This document shows, piece after piece, positions 28,814 through 39,801 of a stretch of 64,000 nt of DNA. The number at the start of each line of letters is the position of its first letter. The first letter of the stretch is position 1. A program made the translations under genes and the position numbers. The notes below the pieces were generated by a model, which was not told the origin of the DNA, searched no databases, and worked only from the letters and a program-made list of their open reading frames with translations. This DNA is from Thermoplasmata archaeon (GTDB taxonomy: Archaea; Thermoplasmatota; Thermoplasmata; UBA10834), in contig JAJYIS010000002.1 of the NCBI GenBank assembly GCA_021789945.1, forward strand, positions 5,379 to 69,378. The letters are read 5' to 3'.

Positions 28814-29707
28814 CTACGCGGACTTCATCTGAGCGAACTTCTCGTCGTCGGCCCACTTCTTGGCGACCCAGTTCTGCAGCTTCTGGATGTCCGCCTCGGT
28901 CATGTGCCTGAACCTGCCCTGGAGCTTGAGGTACTCCGAGACTGGGGTCATCTTGGGCCTCTTGTTGATCGTGACCTTGCCGTTCTCCATCTCGTAGAGC
29001 GTCCACATGCCGGTATCTACCGCGAGCTTGCACAGCTCGATCGTCTTCGCGGTGTCCGACCTCCAGCCGGTCGGGCACGGCGTGAACACCTGGATGAACC
29101 TGAAGCCCTTCATCTTCTTGGCCTTCTCGAACTTCGTGATGAAGTCCTGGATGTGGCCGACCGATGCGGTCGCGACATACGGCACGTTGTGGGCCATCAT
29201 TATCTGGGGCATGTCCTTCTTGAAGTTCGACTTGCCAGCCTTGACCTTCCCGACAGGGGTCGTGGTGGTCCACGCGCCGAACGGGGTCGAGCCCGACCTC
29301 TGTATGCCAGTGTTCATGTACGCCTCGTTGTCGTACATCACGTAGAGCATGTCCTCGTTCCTCTCGGCGCACCCGGACAGCGATTGGATTCCGATATCGG
29401 CCGTGCCGCCGTCCCCGGCGATGCCCATCACGAGCGTGTGGTCGTTCCCCTGCATCCTCAGGCCCCTCGAGACTCCGGCGGCGCACACCGCGGTGTTCTC
29501 GAAGGCGACATGGTGGAACGGCACCTTCCACGCGACGAGCGGATAGGTCGCGCCGAATATCAGTAGGCAGCAGGCAGGGTTCACGACGACCGTGTCCTGG
29601 CCCAGGATCTTCATCATGTTCCTCACGGCCACCGCGGCGCCGCAGCCAGCGCAGGCCGTGTGCCCTCGGGTGAACAGCTCCTCGTCCGGGAGCTCCTTCA
29701 GCTTCAT
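28814..29707 (-). CDS. porB: Pyruvate/2-oxoacid:ferredoxin oxidoreductase, beta subunit
   Basis: GHTACAGCG, GDGGT.DIG, DNEAYMNTGIQRS, PCPTGW. Confidence 0.9.
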   Translation of the reverse strand: MKLKELPDEELFTRGHTACAGCGAAVAVRNMMKILGQDTVVVNPACCLLIFGATYPLVAWKVPFHHVAFENTAVCAAGVSRGLRMQGNDHTLVMGIAGDGGTADIGIQSLSGCAERNEDMLYVMYDNEAYMNTGIQRSGSTPFGAWTTTTPVGKVKAGKSNFKKDMPQIMMAHNVPYVATASVGHIQDFITKFEKAKKMKGFRFIQVFTPCPTGWRSDTAKTIELCKLAVDTGMWTLYEMENGKVTINKRPKMTPVSEYLKLQGRFRHMTEADIQKLQNWVAKKWADDEKFAQMKSA

Positions 29708-30888
29708 TGCTCCACCCCCCTCGTGCCCATCCAAGTGATGTCCTTCCTCGCCTTGCCGGTCCTCGCGGCCTCGAAGAGCCGCTCGTACATGAACCTGATA
29801 TCAGCGCTCGACACATCCCTTCCGCCAAGCCCTCCGATGAAGTCCATGATGGGGATGTTGAGGCCATAAGCGGCGTTCCTGAACTCGATGAACGAGGGCC
29901 CGGCCACGCCGTACGACACGGCCCGGTCGAACACTCCGACCGCCTTCACCTTCTCGGCGATCTTCCTCATCTGTTCGGTCGGATACGGCCTCCAGAACCT
30001 CAGCTTGATCAGGCCGACCTTCTTGCCTTCGGCTCTCATCTCGTCGACGACCTCGTGCGCGGTTGCGCTCGCGGTCCCGATCGTGACAAGGACGACATCT
30101 GCATCGTCGACCATGTACGGGTCGATCATGCCGCCGTGGTTCCTGCCGAACTGCTTCACGAACGCGGAATTGACCTCCTCGACCACCTGGGGCACCTGGC
30201 GCATCGCGTGGTCCATGTTCCACCTGACCTCCATCATGTACTCGGGCGGGACGAACGGCCCGATGACGTTCGGCGCCAACGGGTTCAGGACATGGCTCGG
30301 CGGGACGTACTTGGGAACGAACTTGTCCGCCTCCGCCATCTCCGCCAGCTCGACCGGTTCGACCGTGTGCGAGAGGATGAACGCATCGAGTCCGACCGTC
30401 ATTGGCAACGCGACCCTCTTGTCCTCCGCGATCCTGAAGGATTGGAGGACCATGTCGTGGACCTCCTGGTTGTTGTCGCAGAACATCTGTATCCAGCCGG
30501 AGTCGCGCTCGGGCATTATGTCGTTGTGCTCGACCCATATGTTGATCGGCGCGGCGATCGTCCTGTTCACGACGGCCATCACGATCGGAAGCCTCAGTCC
30601 GGAGGCTATTGGCAGGATCTCATGCATAAGGGCGAGCCCCTGGGACGACGTCGCGGTGAATGTCCTGATGCCTGTTGCGCTCGCGGACACGCACGCGCTC
30701 ATCGCGGAGTGCTCGCTCTCGACCTCCATGTACGCGCAGTCAAGTTCGCCGTTGTTGACGAACTCGGAGAGGTGCTCGACGATGAAGGTCTGAGGGGTGA
30801 TTGGATAGGCGGCGACTGTCTTCACGCGGGCCCGCATCGCAGCATAAGCGGCTGCATAGTTGCCAGTGACGACCTTCTTCAGTGCCAT
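29704..30888 (-). CDS. porA: Pyruvate/2-oxoacid:ferredoxin oxidoreductase, alpha subunit
   Basis: AYPITPQT, ESEHSAMS, TATSSQGL, GLGGRD. Confidence 0.9.
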   Translation of the reverse strand: MALKKVVTGNYAAAYAAMRARVKTVAAYPITPQTFIVEHLSEFVNNGELDCAYMEVESEHSAMSACVSASATGIRTFTATSSQGLALMHEILPIASGLRLPIVMAVVNRTIAAPINIWVEHNDIMPERDSGWIQMFCDNNQEVHDMVLQSFRIAEDKRVALPMTVGLDAFILSHTVEPVELAEMAEADKFVPKYVPPSHVLNPLAPNVIGPFVPPEYMMEVRWNMDHAMRQVPQVVEEVNSAFVKQFGRNHGGMIDPYMVDDADVVLVTIGTASATAHEVVDEMRAEGKKVGLIKLRFWRPYPTEQMRKIAEKVKAVGVFDRAVSYGVAGPSFIEFRNAAYGLNIPIMDFIGGLGGRDVSSADIRFMYERLFEAARTGKARKDITWMGTRGVEQ

Positions 30889-30892
30889 TCCA

Positions 30893-31777
30893 TCACCTCA
30901 CCATCTTGAGGGCGTCGGCGGGGCACTCGTTAGCGCAAATCCCGCAGCCCTTGCAGTACTCCATGTCGAATTCCATCCTGTCTTCCTTCCTGTAGATGCA
31001 TCCTTCCGGGCAGTAGAACCAGCAGAAGTTGCACATGGTGCACTTCTCCTTGTCGTACTCTGGGTGAAAGACCTTCCAGCTGCCCGTCTTGTTCTCCACG
31101 AACGATCCAGGACCGACCAGCCCGGCCTCGGTCTTCATCGGCAGTGAGGCGGCACCGATTGGCATCTCGCTCACGTCAGGTAGCCACTTCTTCGCGGTCG
31201 TCAGAACCCTATGCCCGTGCGACTCGCCGACCACGGTCCGGTCGTAAGCGGTCCTGGCAGCCTTCGCGTTCAGGTCGCCTACCTTCGGGCCAAGCCTGTC
31301 GCCGAATATCTGAATGATGCCCTTCTCGATGGACTCGATTTTGACGAGCCCGGTTGCCTTCGCGAAGGCGCCTAAGATAGCGGAGTTCGTCGCGGGCTGC
31401 TTCAGGACCTCGAGCGCGACGCTCGTGGCGTCGACCGTTGCTAGCTTGACGTCCATGCCGACATCGATCTCGCCCGGACTCTTCGCAGAGTTGACGATGA
31501 CGATGCCTCCCTTCTTCAGGCCCTCGACGACGTTCACGCCCTCGATCAGGGACTCGTCGAGCACGACCACGAAGTCGGGCTCCTGAACCTGAGTCTTCCT
31601 GTAGATCTTCTTCTTGTCGATCCTAGTGAATGCGAGCACGGGTGCGCCACGCCTCTCAGCTCCGAAAAACGGGAACGCAGTGGCGTAGCCTCCTTCTTGG
31701 AAGGCCGCGCTCGCGAGTGCTTGCGCCGCCATGACCGCGCCTTGACCGCCGCGGCCATGGAATCGAACCTCGTACAT
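30893..31777 (-). CDS. porCD: Pyruvate/2-oxoacid:ferredoxin oxidoreductase, fused gamma-delta subunit
   Basis: [18 protein letters not shown], then TGSW and two 4Fe-4S motifs ([24 protein letters not shown]). Confidence 0.88.
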   Translation of the reverse strand: MYEVRFHGRGGQGAVMAAQALASAAFQEGGYATAFPFFGAERRGAPVLAFTRIDKKKIYRKTQVQEPDFVVVLDESLIEGVNVVEGLKKGGIVIVNSAKSPGEIDVGMDVKLATVDATSVALEVLKQPATNSAILGAFAKATGLVKIESIEKGIIQIFGDRLGPKVGDLNAKAARTAYDRTVVGESHGHRVLTTAKKWLPDVSEMPIGAASLPMKTEAGLVGPGSFVENKTGSWKVFHPEYDKEKCTMCNFCWFYCPEGCIYRKEDRMEFDMEYCKGCGICANECPADALKMVR

Positions 31778-32032
31778 CCTATAAGCCTCGCTGGCTTTTT
31801 GTATGGGAGGCTCTACCTTAAGACTTTCGTTTTTACCCGTATTGGCCCGCTGGATGGCCAGATGGGACGCTCTTGACGAAATTGCGACTATTAGAGATGC
31901 CCATAATCGAGCGTCGATATTTCCTCAATCCGAGAGGTCGAAAAGGACACAGCGCCGGAACCTCGAACAAGGCCCGAGCGGCCCTTATCCCGGACGTAGC
32001 GGCGGCGTCAGGGCGACACGACGGGAGTCGGC

Positions 32033-32557
32033 TCAGTAGCTCATGACTACAATCCTGCAGGAGACGCATCTGAAGGCATTCGTGTTGGTGTTCGAGACGA
32101 ACAGCGATCCGCGCTGGAGCGGCTCACCCGCGTAGGGCCAGAAGTACGCCTCGGAATCCGACCACCTGAGCCCCCGGAAATAGCCCTCGTTCGGGAATAC
32201 CAGGAACCCTCGGGCCATGGGCTTGCCGCATGCTGGACAGTGGAGAGTCTCCAGAGCCACCGAGACCACCGGCTGAGGCTCCGACGCACCCTTCACTGGG
32301 AGAGGCGCGTCGCATTCTCTGCACAGTCGGTCCGATGAGAGGTTCTTGCGCCCGCATGCCTCGCAGTAGACGAATGGCGATCTGATGGGTTTGTGGCATG
32401 AATGGCACTCGGTATCTCCCTGCGGATTCTCAGCATCGCAGTAGGGGCAGTTGAAGACCTTTGAATCGGTGCTCCTGACTGTCTTCAGCTCGGAACCGCA
32501 CTTCTTGCAGAAGAGCTCGTTGCTCTCGTTGTTCGAACCACACTTCGGGCACCGCAT
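32033..32557 (-). CDS. Multi zinc-ribbon protein
   Basis: Repeated CxxC-x(10)-CxxC units and a C-terminal CPACG..M.RG...AFRC..C domain. Confidence 0.7.
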   Translation of the reverse strand: MRCPKCGSNNESNELFCKKCGSELKTVRSTDSKVFNCPYCDAENPQGDTECHSCHKPIRSPFVYCEACGRKNLSSDRLCRECDAPLPVKGASEPQPVVSVALETLHCPACGKPMARGFLVFPNEGYFRGLRWSDSEAYFWPYAGEPLQRGSLFVSNTNTNAFRCVSCRIVVMSY

Positions 32558-32728
32558 GATAACCGCAGCAACCTCCGATCGCCTCGCACCGACTTAGCAA
32601 TTTCCTAGGACGTCCGCTGTCATCCCCTCCCCCACCTCCGGATCGGCGCCGTCCCATAGAACGACCTATTGAGTCACCAAGCGAAGTCGAGCAAACCTTT
32701 TTGGAGGAAGCAAGGGATTTGGAGCGCG

Positions 32729-34951
32729 ATGGCCAAGAAGCAGCCCGAGGGCATCACGCTCAAGGTGGCCCGGGCCCACCACCAGTCGGAGGTCGGCCTG
32801 GGAAGGGCGAGGATCGACACCCAAACCAGAAAGGTCTTGAACGCCGATGTCGGAGAGATCATCGAGATCGCCGGCAAGAAGAAGACGGCCGCCAAGGTCT
32901 TCAGAGCGGCCCACGAGGACGAGGGTCAGGGGATCATTAGGATAGATGGGATGATCAGAGGCAACGCGGGCGTGTCCATCGGCGAGAAGGTCACGGTCAC
33001 GAAGGCCGTCGCCCAGAACGCGCAGAAGATCATCGTCGCTCCGAAGATCCCGCAGGGCAAGCGGGTCAGGTTCGGCCAAGGGGTCGAGGGCCTCTTCAAG
33101 AAGGGCCTGCTCAACAGGGCGGTCATCAAGGGCGACGAGATCATCATACCGAACATAGCGCTGATGGGGGGATTTCTTCCGTTCGTCGTCGTCTCCACCA
33201 CTCCCGGCGGCATAGTCCAGGTGACGGAGGGCACGGACCTCTCGGTGAAGACCGAGCCTGTCGAGGTCACCCAGATAGAGAGGCCTTCAGCGACCTACGA
33301 GGACATCGGGGGGCTGGAGGAGGAGCTGCAGCGCATCAGGGAGATGATCGAACTCCCGCTCAAGCATCCGGAGGTATTCTCGAGGCTCGGCATAGACCCG
33401 CCCAAGGGAGTGCTTCTCTACGGACCGCCTGGGACTGGCAAGACGCTGATTGCCAGGGCGGTCGCGAACGAGGCCGGGGCGAACTTCTACTCCATACAGG
33501 GCCCGGAGATAATGTCCAAGTTCTACGGCCAGAGCGAGGAGCGCCTAAGGGACATGTTCACGGAAGCGGAGAAGAACGCCCCGTCCGTGGTGTTCATCGA
33601 CGAGCTGGACTCCATAGCGCCGAAGAGGGACGAGGTACAGGGCGAGGTCGAGCGAAGGGTCGTCGCCCAGCTGCTGACCCTGATGGACGGACTCACCGCC
33701 AGGGGCAACGTCATCGTCATCGCGGCGACCAACAGGGAGGAGGCGATAGACCCGGCACTGAGGAGGCCGGGGAGGTTCGACCGGGAGATCGAGATCGGCG
33801 TCCCGACCGTCGCCGCCCGCCAGGAGATCATGCAGATCCATACCAGGGGCATGCCGCTCGAGGAGAACGTGAGCATGGAGCACATCGCGAAGATCACCCA
33901 CGGGTTCGTCGGAGCGGACCTTGCGTCGCTGGCCCGCGAGGCCGCTATGAAATGCCTGAGGAGATACCTCCCGGAAATCGACCTCGGCAAGCCCATCCCC
34001 GCGGAGGTCCTCGAGAAGATGAAGGTGACATCGCAGGACTTCACGGACGCGCTCAGGGAGATCGAGCCGAGCGCGATGAGGGAGGTGATGGTCGAGGTGC
34101 CGCACGTCACATGGGCGGATGTGGGCGGGCTCGAAGAGGTGAAGAACGAGCTTCACGAGGCGGTCGAGCTGCCCTTGGAGGACCCGCAGTCCTTCATCCG
34201 GATGGGGATCAGGCCGCCAAGGGGGCTGCTGCTCTTCGGCGCTCCCGGGACTGGGAAGACCTTGATCGCCCGGGCGATCGCGACCGAGAGCCGGGCCAAC
34301 TTCATCTCGATCAAGGGCCCTGAGATAATGTCGAAATGGGTGGGCGAGAGCGAGAAGGCCGTGCGCATGATCTTCAAGAAGGCGAAGCAGGTCTCGCCCG
34401 CGATAGTCTTCCTCGACGAGGTCGACGCCATCGCCCCGAGGAGGGGCGGGAGCTTCGACACCGGCTCGACGGAGAGGGTGGTCAACCAGCTATTGACATC
34501 CATGGACGGGCTCGAGGACCTCGAGAACGTGGTCGTCATTGCCGCGACGAACAGGCCCGACATCGTGGACCCTGCGCTGCTGCGGCCAGGGAGGTTCGAC
34601 AAGCTACTGCTGATCCCCGTGCCGGACGAAGCGACGAGGCTCAAGATACTCCAGGTGCACACCAGGGACATGCCCTTGGAAGACGTCGATTTGCAGGCGC
34701 TCGCGAAACGCATAGATGGCTATGTCGGAGCGGACATCGAGAACCTTTGCAGGGAGGCGGCCATGACGGCCCTGAGGCAGAACAGGACGGCGGCGAAGGT
34801 GACCTCAAAGCACTTCGAGGAGGCGCTGGCTCACACCCGGCCATCGACCGATGCGGACACCCAGAAGCACTACGAGCAGATGTTCAGGGACCTGAAGACC
34901 GCAATGTCTAAGAAGACCGAGGGGGATTGGGGCACAGGCTATTACAGATAG
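32729..34951 (+). CDS. cdc48: CDC48/VAT AAA+ ATPase
   Basis: N-domain, two AAA modules ([16 protein letters not shown]; DE Walker B; RPGRFD), C-terminal HbYX GYYR. Confidence 0.96.
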   Translation: MAKKQPEGITLKVARAHHQSEVGLGRARIDTQTRKVLNADVGEIIEIAGKKKTAAKVFRAAHEDEGQGIIRIDGMIRGNAGVSIGEKVTVTKAVAQNAQKIIVAPKIPQGKRVRFGQGVEGLFKKGLLNRAVIKGDEIIIPNIALMGGFLPFVVVSTTPGGIVQVTEGTDLSVKTEPVEVTQIERPSATYEDIGGLEEELQRIREMIELPLKHPEVFSRLGIDPPKGVLLYGPPGTGKTLIARAVANEAGANFYSIQGPEIMSKFYGQSEERLRDMFTEAEKNAPSVVFIDELDSIAPKRDEVQGEVERRVVAQLLTLMDGLTARGNVIVIAATNREEAIDPALRRPGRFDREIEIGVPTVAARQEIMQIHTRGMPLEENVSMEHIAKITHGFVGADLASLAREAAMKCLRRYLPEIDLGKPIPAEVLEKMKVTSQDFTDALREIEPSAMREVMVEVPHVTWADVGGLEEVKNELHEAVELPLEDPQSFIRMGIRPPRGLLLFGAPGTGKTLIARAIATESRANFISIKGPEIMSKWVGESEKAVRMIFKKAKQVSPAIVFLDEVDAIAPRRGGSFDTGSTERVVNQLLTSMDGLEDLENVVVIAATNRPDIVDPALLRPGRFDKLLLIPVPDEATRLKILQVHTRDMPLEDVDLQALAKRIDGYVGADIENLCREAAMTALRQNRTAAKVTSKHFEEALAHTRPSTDADTQKHYEQMFRDLKTAMSKKTEGDWGTGYYR

Positions 34952-34962
34952 CTGGAGATGGG

Positions 34963-35208
34963 ATGTCAATGCGCAAATTCATCACCGAGCTCAAGGGCAA
35001 GACAGTGATGACAAACGATGGCCAGATTCTCGGAATGATAGAGAACTTCATCATGGACACGAAGTCCGGGGAGCTTCAGAACGTCCTCGTGATACCTGCT
35101 GAGGACGTCGAACCGCGCCTGTTCAAGACGGACGCCCAGGGAAGGCTCGTGCTCCCGTTCAGCGAGATGAAGGCCGTCCGGGACGTCGTCGTGATGAGCA
35201 TAGGCTGA
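34963..35208 (+). CDS. PRC-barrel protein (CdpB-like)
   Basis: LKGKTVMTNDGQILG.IENF.MD..SG.L...V.....AVRDVVV. Confidence 0.82.
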   Translation: MSMRKFITELKGKTVMTNDGQILGMIENFIMDTKSGELQNVLVIPAEDVEPRLFKTDAQGRLVLPFSEMKAVRDVVVMSIG

Positions 35209-35266
35209 CCTCACCACAGACCTCCCAGAACGATGAAGGCCGTTTTTCTCAGCGACCCTGTCCAGG

Positions 35267-37855
35267 TCACTTCCTGGACCGCTTGCCCTTCGCCTTGAGT
35301 ATCCGGAGCACCAAGTCGGCCCGGGTGCCTTCCGGGTCCAGCCCCAGCGACTCGCATATCGCCTCGAGCTCGGTCTTCCGCTTCTCACGAAGCGTGTCCT
35401 CGGTGTAGGTCTCGAGGGCCTGCTCCGCCGAGTCCTTGCCGCCGACGACCTCCTCGCCAGGCGGTGCCGCCCCAGGTTTGACCGGCTGCCCTGGGACCTT
35501 CCCGGCTGTCATCTTCTGCTCGACCCTGCGGGCGTTGTCGGCCGCGTCCTTGAACTTGGGGGCCACCCTGATGGCCTCCCTGAAGGCGACCATCGCCTCC
35601 TCGATCTTGCCCAGGCGCTCGAGCACGATGCCCCTGTTGTTGTACGCCTCCGCCGTCTCCGCGACCTTGAGCGACTGCTCGAAGGTCATTCCGGCATCGG
35701 CCAGAAGATCCGTGGAGAGCTGGGTGAAGCCCTTGTTGGTGAGCGCGACCGACGTCGGATACATGACCGCCGACTCCTCGAAGCAGGCGATCGACTCGCG
35801 CAGCCTGTCCAGCTTGTAGAGCACGCAGCCCCTGTTGTTCCAAGCGGAGCTGTTGTTCCTCTGCAGTCTGATGGCTTTGTCGAACTCCAGGCTTGCCTTC
35901 TCGTAGTCGCCCCTCTTGAACAGCACCGCCCCGGCGTTGTTGTACGCTCTCGACGGGTCGAGCGGGAGCTGCTTGGTCTTCTCGAAGCTATCGGCCGCCC
36001 CCTGCAGGTCCTCCGCCTCGATCATCAGCATGCCCTTGAAGTTCTCGAGCTCCGCGAGGTGCTCATGGGTGATCGCGAGGTCGATGTCCTCCGTGGCTTG
36101 CTTGAAATCCCTCCTCGAGAACGCGTCGATGGACGAGACAGCCCTGGCCTGCCAGCCCAGGTTCGACCTCCTCAGGAGGTCGCACACCTTCGAGGCGCGC
36201 TCGCTGTCGCCAGTCTCGGAGAGCATCGTGTAGAGGTTGAACAGGGCCGGCGCATGCGCCGGGTCGATGGCGATCGCGTGCTCGTACGTCTTCGCGGCCG
36301 CCTCCGACTTCCCGAGGCCGTGAAGGACGTTCCCCGCCATGGTGAGCAGGCCTGGGTTCTCGCCTTCGAGCGTCAAGGACCGGCCGAGGTAGTCGAACGC
36401 CTCGTCCAGCTTGCCTAGGAGCAGGAGCAGCTCCGCCCGGTCGCCATACAGCTCCTCGCCCAGCTCCTCGACAGTCTCCTCCTGGACCCTCGCGAGCGCG
36501 TCGGCCGATAGCTTCGGGGCCTCGGGCGCATGCGGGGGCGACGGCGGAGCCGGGGCGGCTGGCCCGGACGCGAATATGTCCTTGACTATCTGCGGGACCT
36601 CCGAGAACTTCTCCTCCATGCTCTTGGAGGCCTCCTCGAGCGCGCCCCTCGCCTCGACGAACTCCGGGTCCAGCCTGAGGGCCTGCTCGAAGCTCGCCTT
36701 CGCCTGGCTGATGTTCCCGGTCTTCTTGGCGGCGAGCCCCCTGAGATACCAGCCCTTCGGCAGCTCCGGCCTCAGGTGGGTCATCTGCGTGAAGGCCTCG
36801 AACGCCTCCCCGAACTTGGCCTGCTCGAACAGGAGGCTGCCCTTGTTCATCCACGCTTCGATGTAGTCGTGCTTGAGCTCGATCGCCTTGTTGTAGGATG
36901 CGAGGGCGTCGTTGATCCTGCCGAGCGCGTGCAGCGTCGCCCCGCGGTTGTTGTGGACCTTCTCCAGCCTGTAGTTGATCCTGAGCACCTTGTCGAACGT
37001 TTCGAGCGCTTCCTGGAACTTCCCCAGCCTGTGCAGGGTCGAGCCCTTGTTCACGAGCGCCTTCTGCATGACCGGGTTGTATTGGAGCGCCCTGTCGTAG
37101 CAGATTATCTCCTCGCTGTACCTTCCGAGCGCGAACAGGCAGACCCCGAGGGAGAACCAGGTCTCGTCGCTCTCGGGGTACAGCTCGAGGGCGCGCTTGT
37201 AGCAGCTCAGGGCCTGCTCGTGGTACCCCATCTCGTCGAGCGTGTTGCCCTTCAGCCTCCACGGGACGTCGTAGTCCTCCCGCAGCATGATGGCGTGGTC
37301 GAAGCTGTCCAGGGCCTTCATGTTGTCCTTCGCCGCGAGGGACTCGTACCCGGACCTCATCGCCTCCTCGAGCTCTCGGTCCGCACCCGGGATCGAGGGT
37401 GTCTTCGCCCTCTCCCTCCACAGGTCAGCCGCCTTGATGACCTCCTTGTCGAGGTCGAACCTGCGCAACAGGGCCGCGAGCTTCGTGCCGTCGGCGACTT
37501 CCACCTCGATCTCGTCAGCGAACTTGACGGCGTCCTGGGCGATGAAACCCGCCGCGAACACGATCCCCTTCGGCGCCTCAGCCTTCTTCATGTACGATAG
37601 CAGGCTCTGGATGTCCGGCTTCGTGATCTGCTCGTCCCTGCGGGAGAAGAACACGACGTACTTCTTCCCGTCAGGCCTGTGGACGCACTCGGAGATGGAG
37701 AACCTGCCCTTCTGCCGGCTCATGACGGGCTTCAGCTCGAGGTAGCCGAGCACCGCGTCGACCATCCTCGAGAATTCCTGGTCCGAGATCTCCTTGAGGG
37801 ACTTGATAATCCTGTCGTCCGACCGCTCGCTCAGGATCTTGTCGAGCTCGACCAT
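35267..37855 (-). CDS. TPR protein with N-terminal degenerate Mrr-like domain and C-terminal SAP-like motif
   Basis: ATG 37855 is coupled (TGATG) to the upstream gene; I....IQSL.......A.KGIV....F...A..FA....VEVADG..L..LL (Mrr_cat-like); numerous TPRs (W.NKG/NNRG); LREKRKTELEAICESLGL...GTRADLV.RI. Confidence 0.75.
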   Translation of the reverse strand: MVELDKILSERSDDRIIKSLKEISDQEFSRMVDAVLGYLELKPVMSRQKGRFSISECVHRPDGKKYVVFFSRRDEQITKPDIQSLLSYMKKAEAPKGIVFAAGFIAQDAVKFADEIEVEVADGTKLAALLRRFDLDKEVIKAADLWRERAKTPSIPGADRELEEAMRSGYESLAAKDNMKALDSFDHAIMLREDYDVPWRLKGNTLDEMGYHEQALSCYKRALELYPESDETWFSLGVCLFALGRYSEEIICYDRALQYNPVMQKALVNKGSTLHRLGKFQEALETFDKVLRINYRLEKVHNNRGATLHALGRINDALASYNKAIELKHDYIEAWMNKGSLLFEQAKFGEAFEAFTQMTHLRPELPKGWYLRGLAAKKTGNISQAKASFEQALRLDPEFVEARGALEEASKSMEEKFSEVPQIVKDIFASGPAAPAPPSPPHAPEAPKLSADALARVQEETVEELGEELYGDRAELLLLLGKLDEAFDYLGRSLTLEGENPGLLTMAGNVLHGLGKSEAAAKTYEHAIAIDPAHAPALFNLYTMLSETGDSERASKVCDLLRRSNLGWQARAVSSIDAFSRRDFKQATEDIDLAITHEHLAELENFKGMLMIEAEDLQGAADSFEKTKQLPLDPSRAYNNAGAVLFKRGDYEKASLEFDKAIRLQRNNSSAWNNRGCVLYKLDRLRESIACFEESAVMYPTSVALTNKGFTQLSTDLLADAGMTFEQSLKVAETAEAYNNRGIVLERLGKIEEAMVAFREAIRVAPKFKDAADNARRVEQKMTAGKVPGQPVKPGAAPPGEEVVGGKDSAEQALETYTEDTLREKRKTELEAICESLGLDPEGTRADLVLRILKAKGKRSRK

Positions 37856-39738
37856 CAGGCACCCCCTCCTTCCCGGATGTTCTTGAGCCACTTCGAGGCG
37901 TCCTTGTTGCCCGGGTCCAGCCTCACGCTCTCCTCCAGGCACGCCCTGGCCTCGTCGACCCTTCCGATGGCGTTGAGCGCGACCCCCTTCTTCCCGAGGG
38001 CGTAGGAGTCCTCCTGGGCCAGCTCGAGGTACTTGTCGTAGGCCTCCACGGCCCGCTCCCATTTCTCCTTCTCGAAGAGCGTGTCGGCCTTCATCAGCCA
38101 CGAGGCCTTGTCCGTCGGGGACAACGCGTTGTACCTGTCCAGGCACTGTATGGCGGCGCCCCATCTGCCCATCTGCTTCATCGTCCTGGCCTTTCCCAGC
38201 CACGCGCGGGCGTCGTCATCGTCGATCGCGAGCGAGCGCGAGAAGCTCTCGTCTGCGCCCTCGAGCTTCCCGTTCTTCAGGAGGACCTCACCCATGGAGG
38301 TCCACGCGTCCGCGAACTTCTGGTCCAGGGAGACCGACTTGCTGAAGTACTGGATGGACGCGCCCCACCTGCCCTCCTTGTCCGCGAGCGCCCCCCTCCA
38401 GAACCATGCCTGAGAATCGTCGCGATTCTTCTCATAGAACGAGTGGACCAGCGGAGCGGCGCCCTTCAGGTCGCCTTTCTTCATGTGGACCTCGATCAAC
38501 AGCAGCTCAGCCTCCCGGAGGCCCGGGCGTCCTTTCAGGACCGTGTTCGCACGCTGCATCGCGAGGTCGAGGTCGCCCGCCTTGAACGCCGCCATCGCGG
38601 AGTCCAGCGGCGACGGCTGAGAGGCCGGCACAGGCGCTGGCCTCGGCGCGGGCTTCTCCGATGGGGGCGCAGGCGCTGCCTCTGCGACCTCCTCACCTCC
38701 GCCCGCCCGCTTGAACTCTGAGATCAGGTCGCTGATCTTCTTCTCGAGCCCCGGCCTCCTGGAGAGGCTCTTCTGGCTCTCCGCGAGAGCTGCCTCTTCG
38801 AGCCTGCCGGTGTCTCTGAGCGTGGTTATCAGGATGTCGTGCGCCGGAGGATACCTGGGGTCCAACGACAGCGCCCTGTTGAAGCACTCGATCGCCTCCT
38901 CGGGCCTGTCCATGCTCCGCAGTATCCTTCCTTTCAGGACCCATAGCCCGGGGTTCTCCGTGATGTTGATGACCTCGTCGACCTTGGTCAGGGCCTCGAC
39001 CTGGTTCCCCATCATCAGGTGCGCCCTCGCGATGCCCTCCCCGATCGAAGCATCGCTCGGGAAGCTCCTCTGGGCGTCCGACAGGTTCTCCTCCGCCTCC
39101 TTCCACTCCTCGGCGTCAAGGCAGAGCATCCCGAGGTTCCTGCTGGCGATCGACCGGAGGTCGTCTCCCTCGGCCACCTTCGAGAAATACTCCTTGGCCC
39201 TCGCGATCAGATACGACCTCTTCTTCTCCCGCCAGGCCTTCGAGGCGGTCCTGAGCAATATTCCGTTCGCGGCCCTCCAGTAGACCATGCCGACCCGGAT
39301 GTACAGGTCGCTCATGGCCTCGAGAGGGTACATCTTCTCGGCGGCGTTCACCTTTTGGAGGATCGATGTGATGACCACGGCGGCGTCCTCTGTCAGGAGC
39401 ATCTCCGGGGAATCGAGCCTGAGCGGCACTCCCTGGTGCGCGAGGAGGGTGTCGCACCTCTGGTAGAAGCTCTTGAGGTCCTCGTGGTGGAGCGCCTGAG
39501 GATTGACATCGCGGATGATGGACTCGAGGTCCAGAGAGGGCACGGCGACGACGTCTGGCCCCGAGGTCGGCCCCAACAGGTAGGCCGCGGAGCCCGAAGA
39601 CCTCAGTCTGGAGTAGAGGCTCTGGCCGAGCAGCACGGGGTTCAGGAAGAACTTGGGCTCTTGGAAGCTCGAGTCCGCGCAGCCGTCGCAGATCAGAGCC
39701 TCAGCCTCTGTCTGGCCGCCGCACTTCAAGCAGGGCAC
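37855..39738 (-). CDS. TPR protein with N-terminal zinc ribbon
   Basis: CLKCG...CDGC; TPRs (AIECFNRAL, AWFWRG, AWLGKA); Pro/Ala-rich linker. Confidence 0.8.
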   Translation of the reverse strand: MPCLKCGGQTEAEALICDGCADSSFQEPKFFLNPVLLGQSLYSRLRSSGSAAYLLGPTSGPDVVAVPSLDLESIIRDVNPQALHHEDLKSFYQRCDTLLAHQGVPLRLDSPEMLLTEDAAVVITSILQKVNAAEKMYPLEAMSDLYIRVGMVYWRAANGILLRTASKAWREKKRSYLIARAKEYFSKVAEGDDLRSIASRNLGMLCLDAEEWKEAEENLSDAQRSFPSDASIGEGIARAHLMMGNQVEALTKVDEVINITENPGLWVLKGRILRSMDRPEEAIECFNRALSLDPRYPPAHDILITTLRDTGRLEEAALAESQKSLSRRPGLEKKISDLISEFKRAGGGEEVAEAAPAPPSEKPAPRPAPVPASQPSPLDSAMAAFKAGDLDLAMQRANTVLKGRPGLREAELLLIEVHMKKGDLKGAAPLVHSFYEKNRDDSQAWFWRGALADKEGRWGASIQYFSKSVSLDQKFADAWTSMGEVLLKNGKLEGADESFSRSLAIDDDDARAWLGKARTMKQMGRWGAAIQCLDRYNALSPTDKASWLMKADTLFEKEKWERAVEAYDKYLELAQEDSYALGKKGVALNAIGRVDEARACLEESVRLDPGNKDASKWLKNIREGGGA

Positions 39739-39801
39739 CTTCTACCTCCCGACTCCATCCGATGAGGGTGAAATCTTATAATCCTAGCGATAGGGTCCTG
39801 G

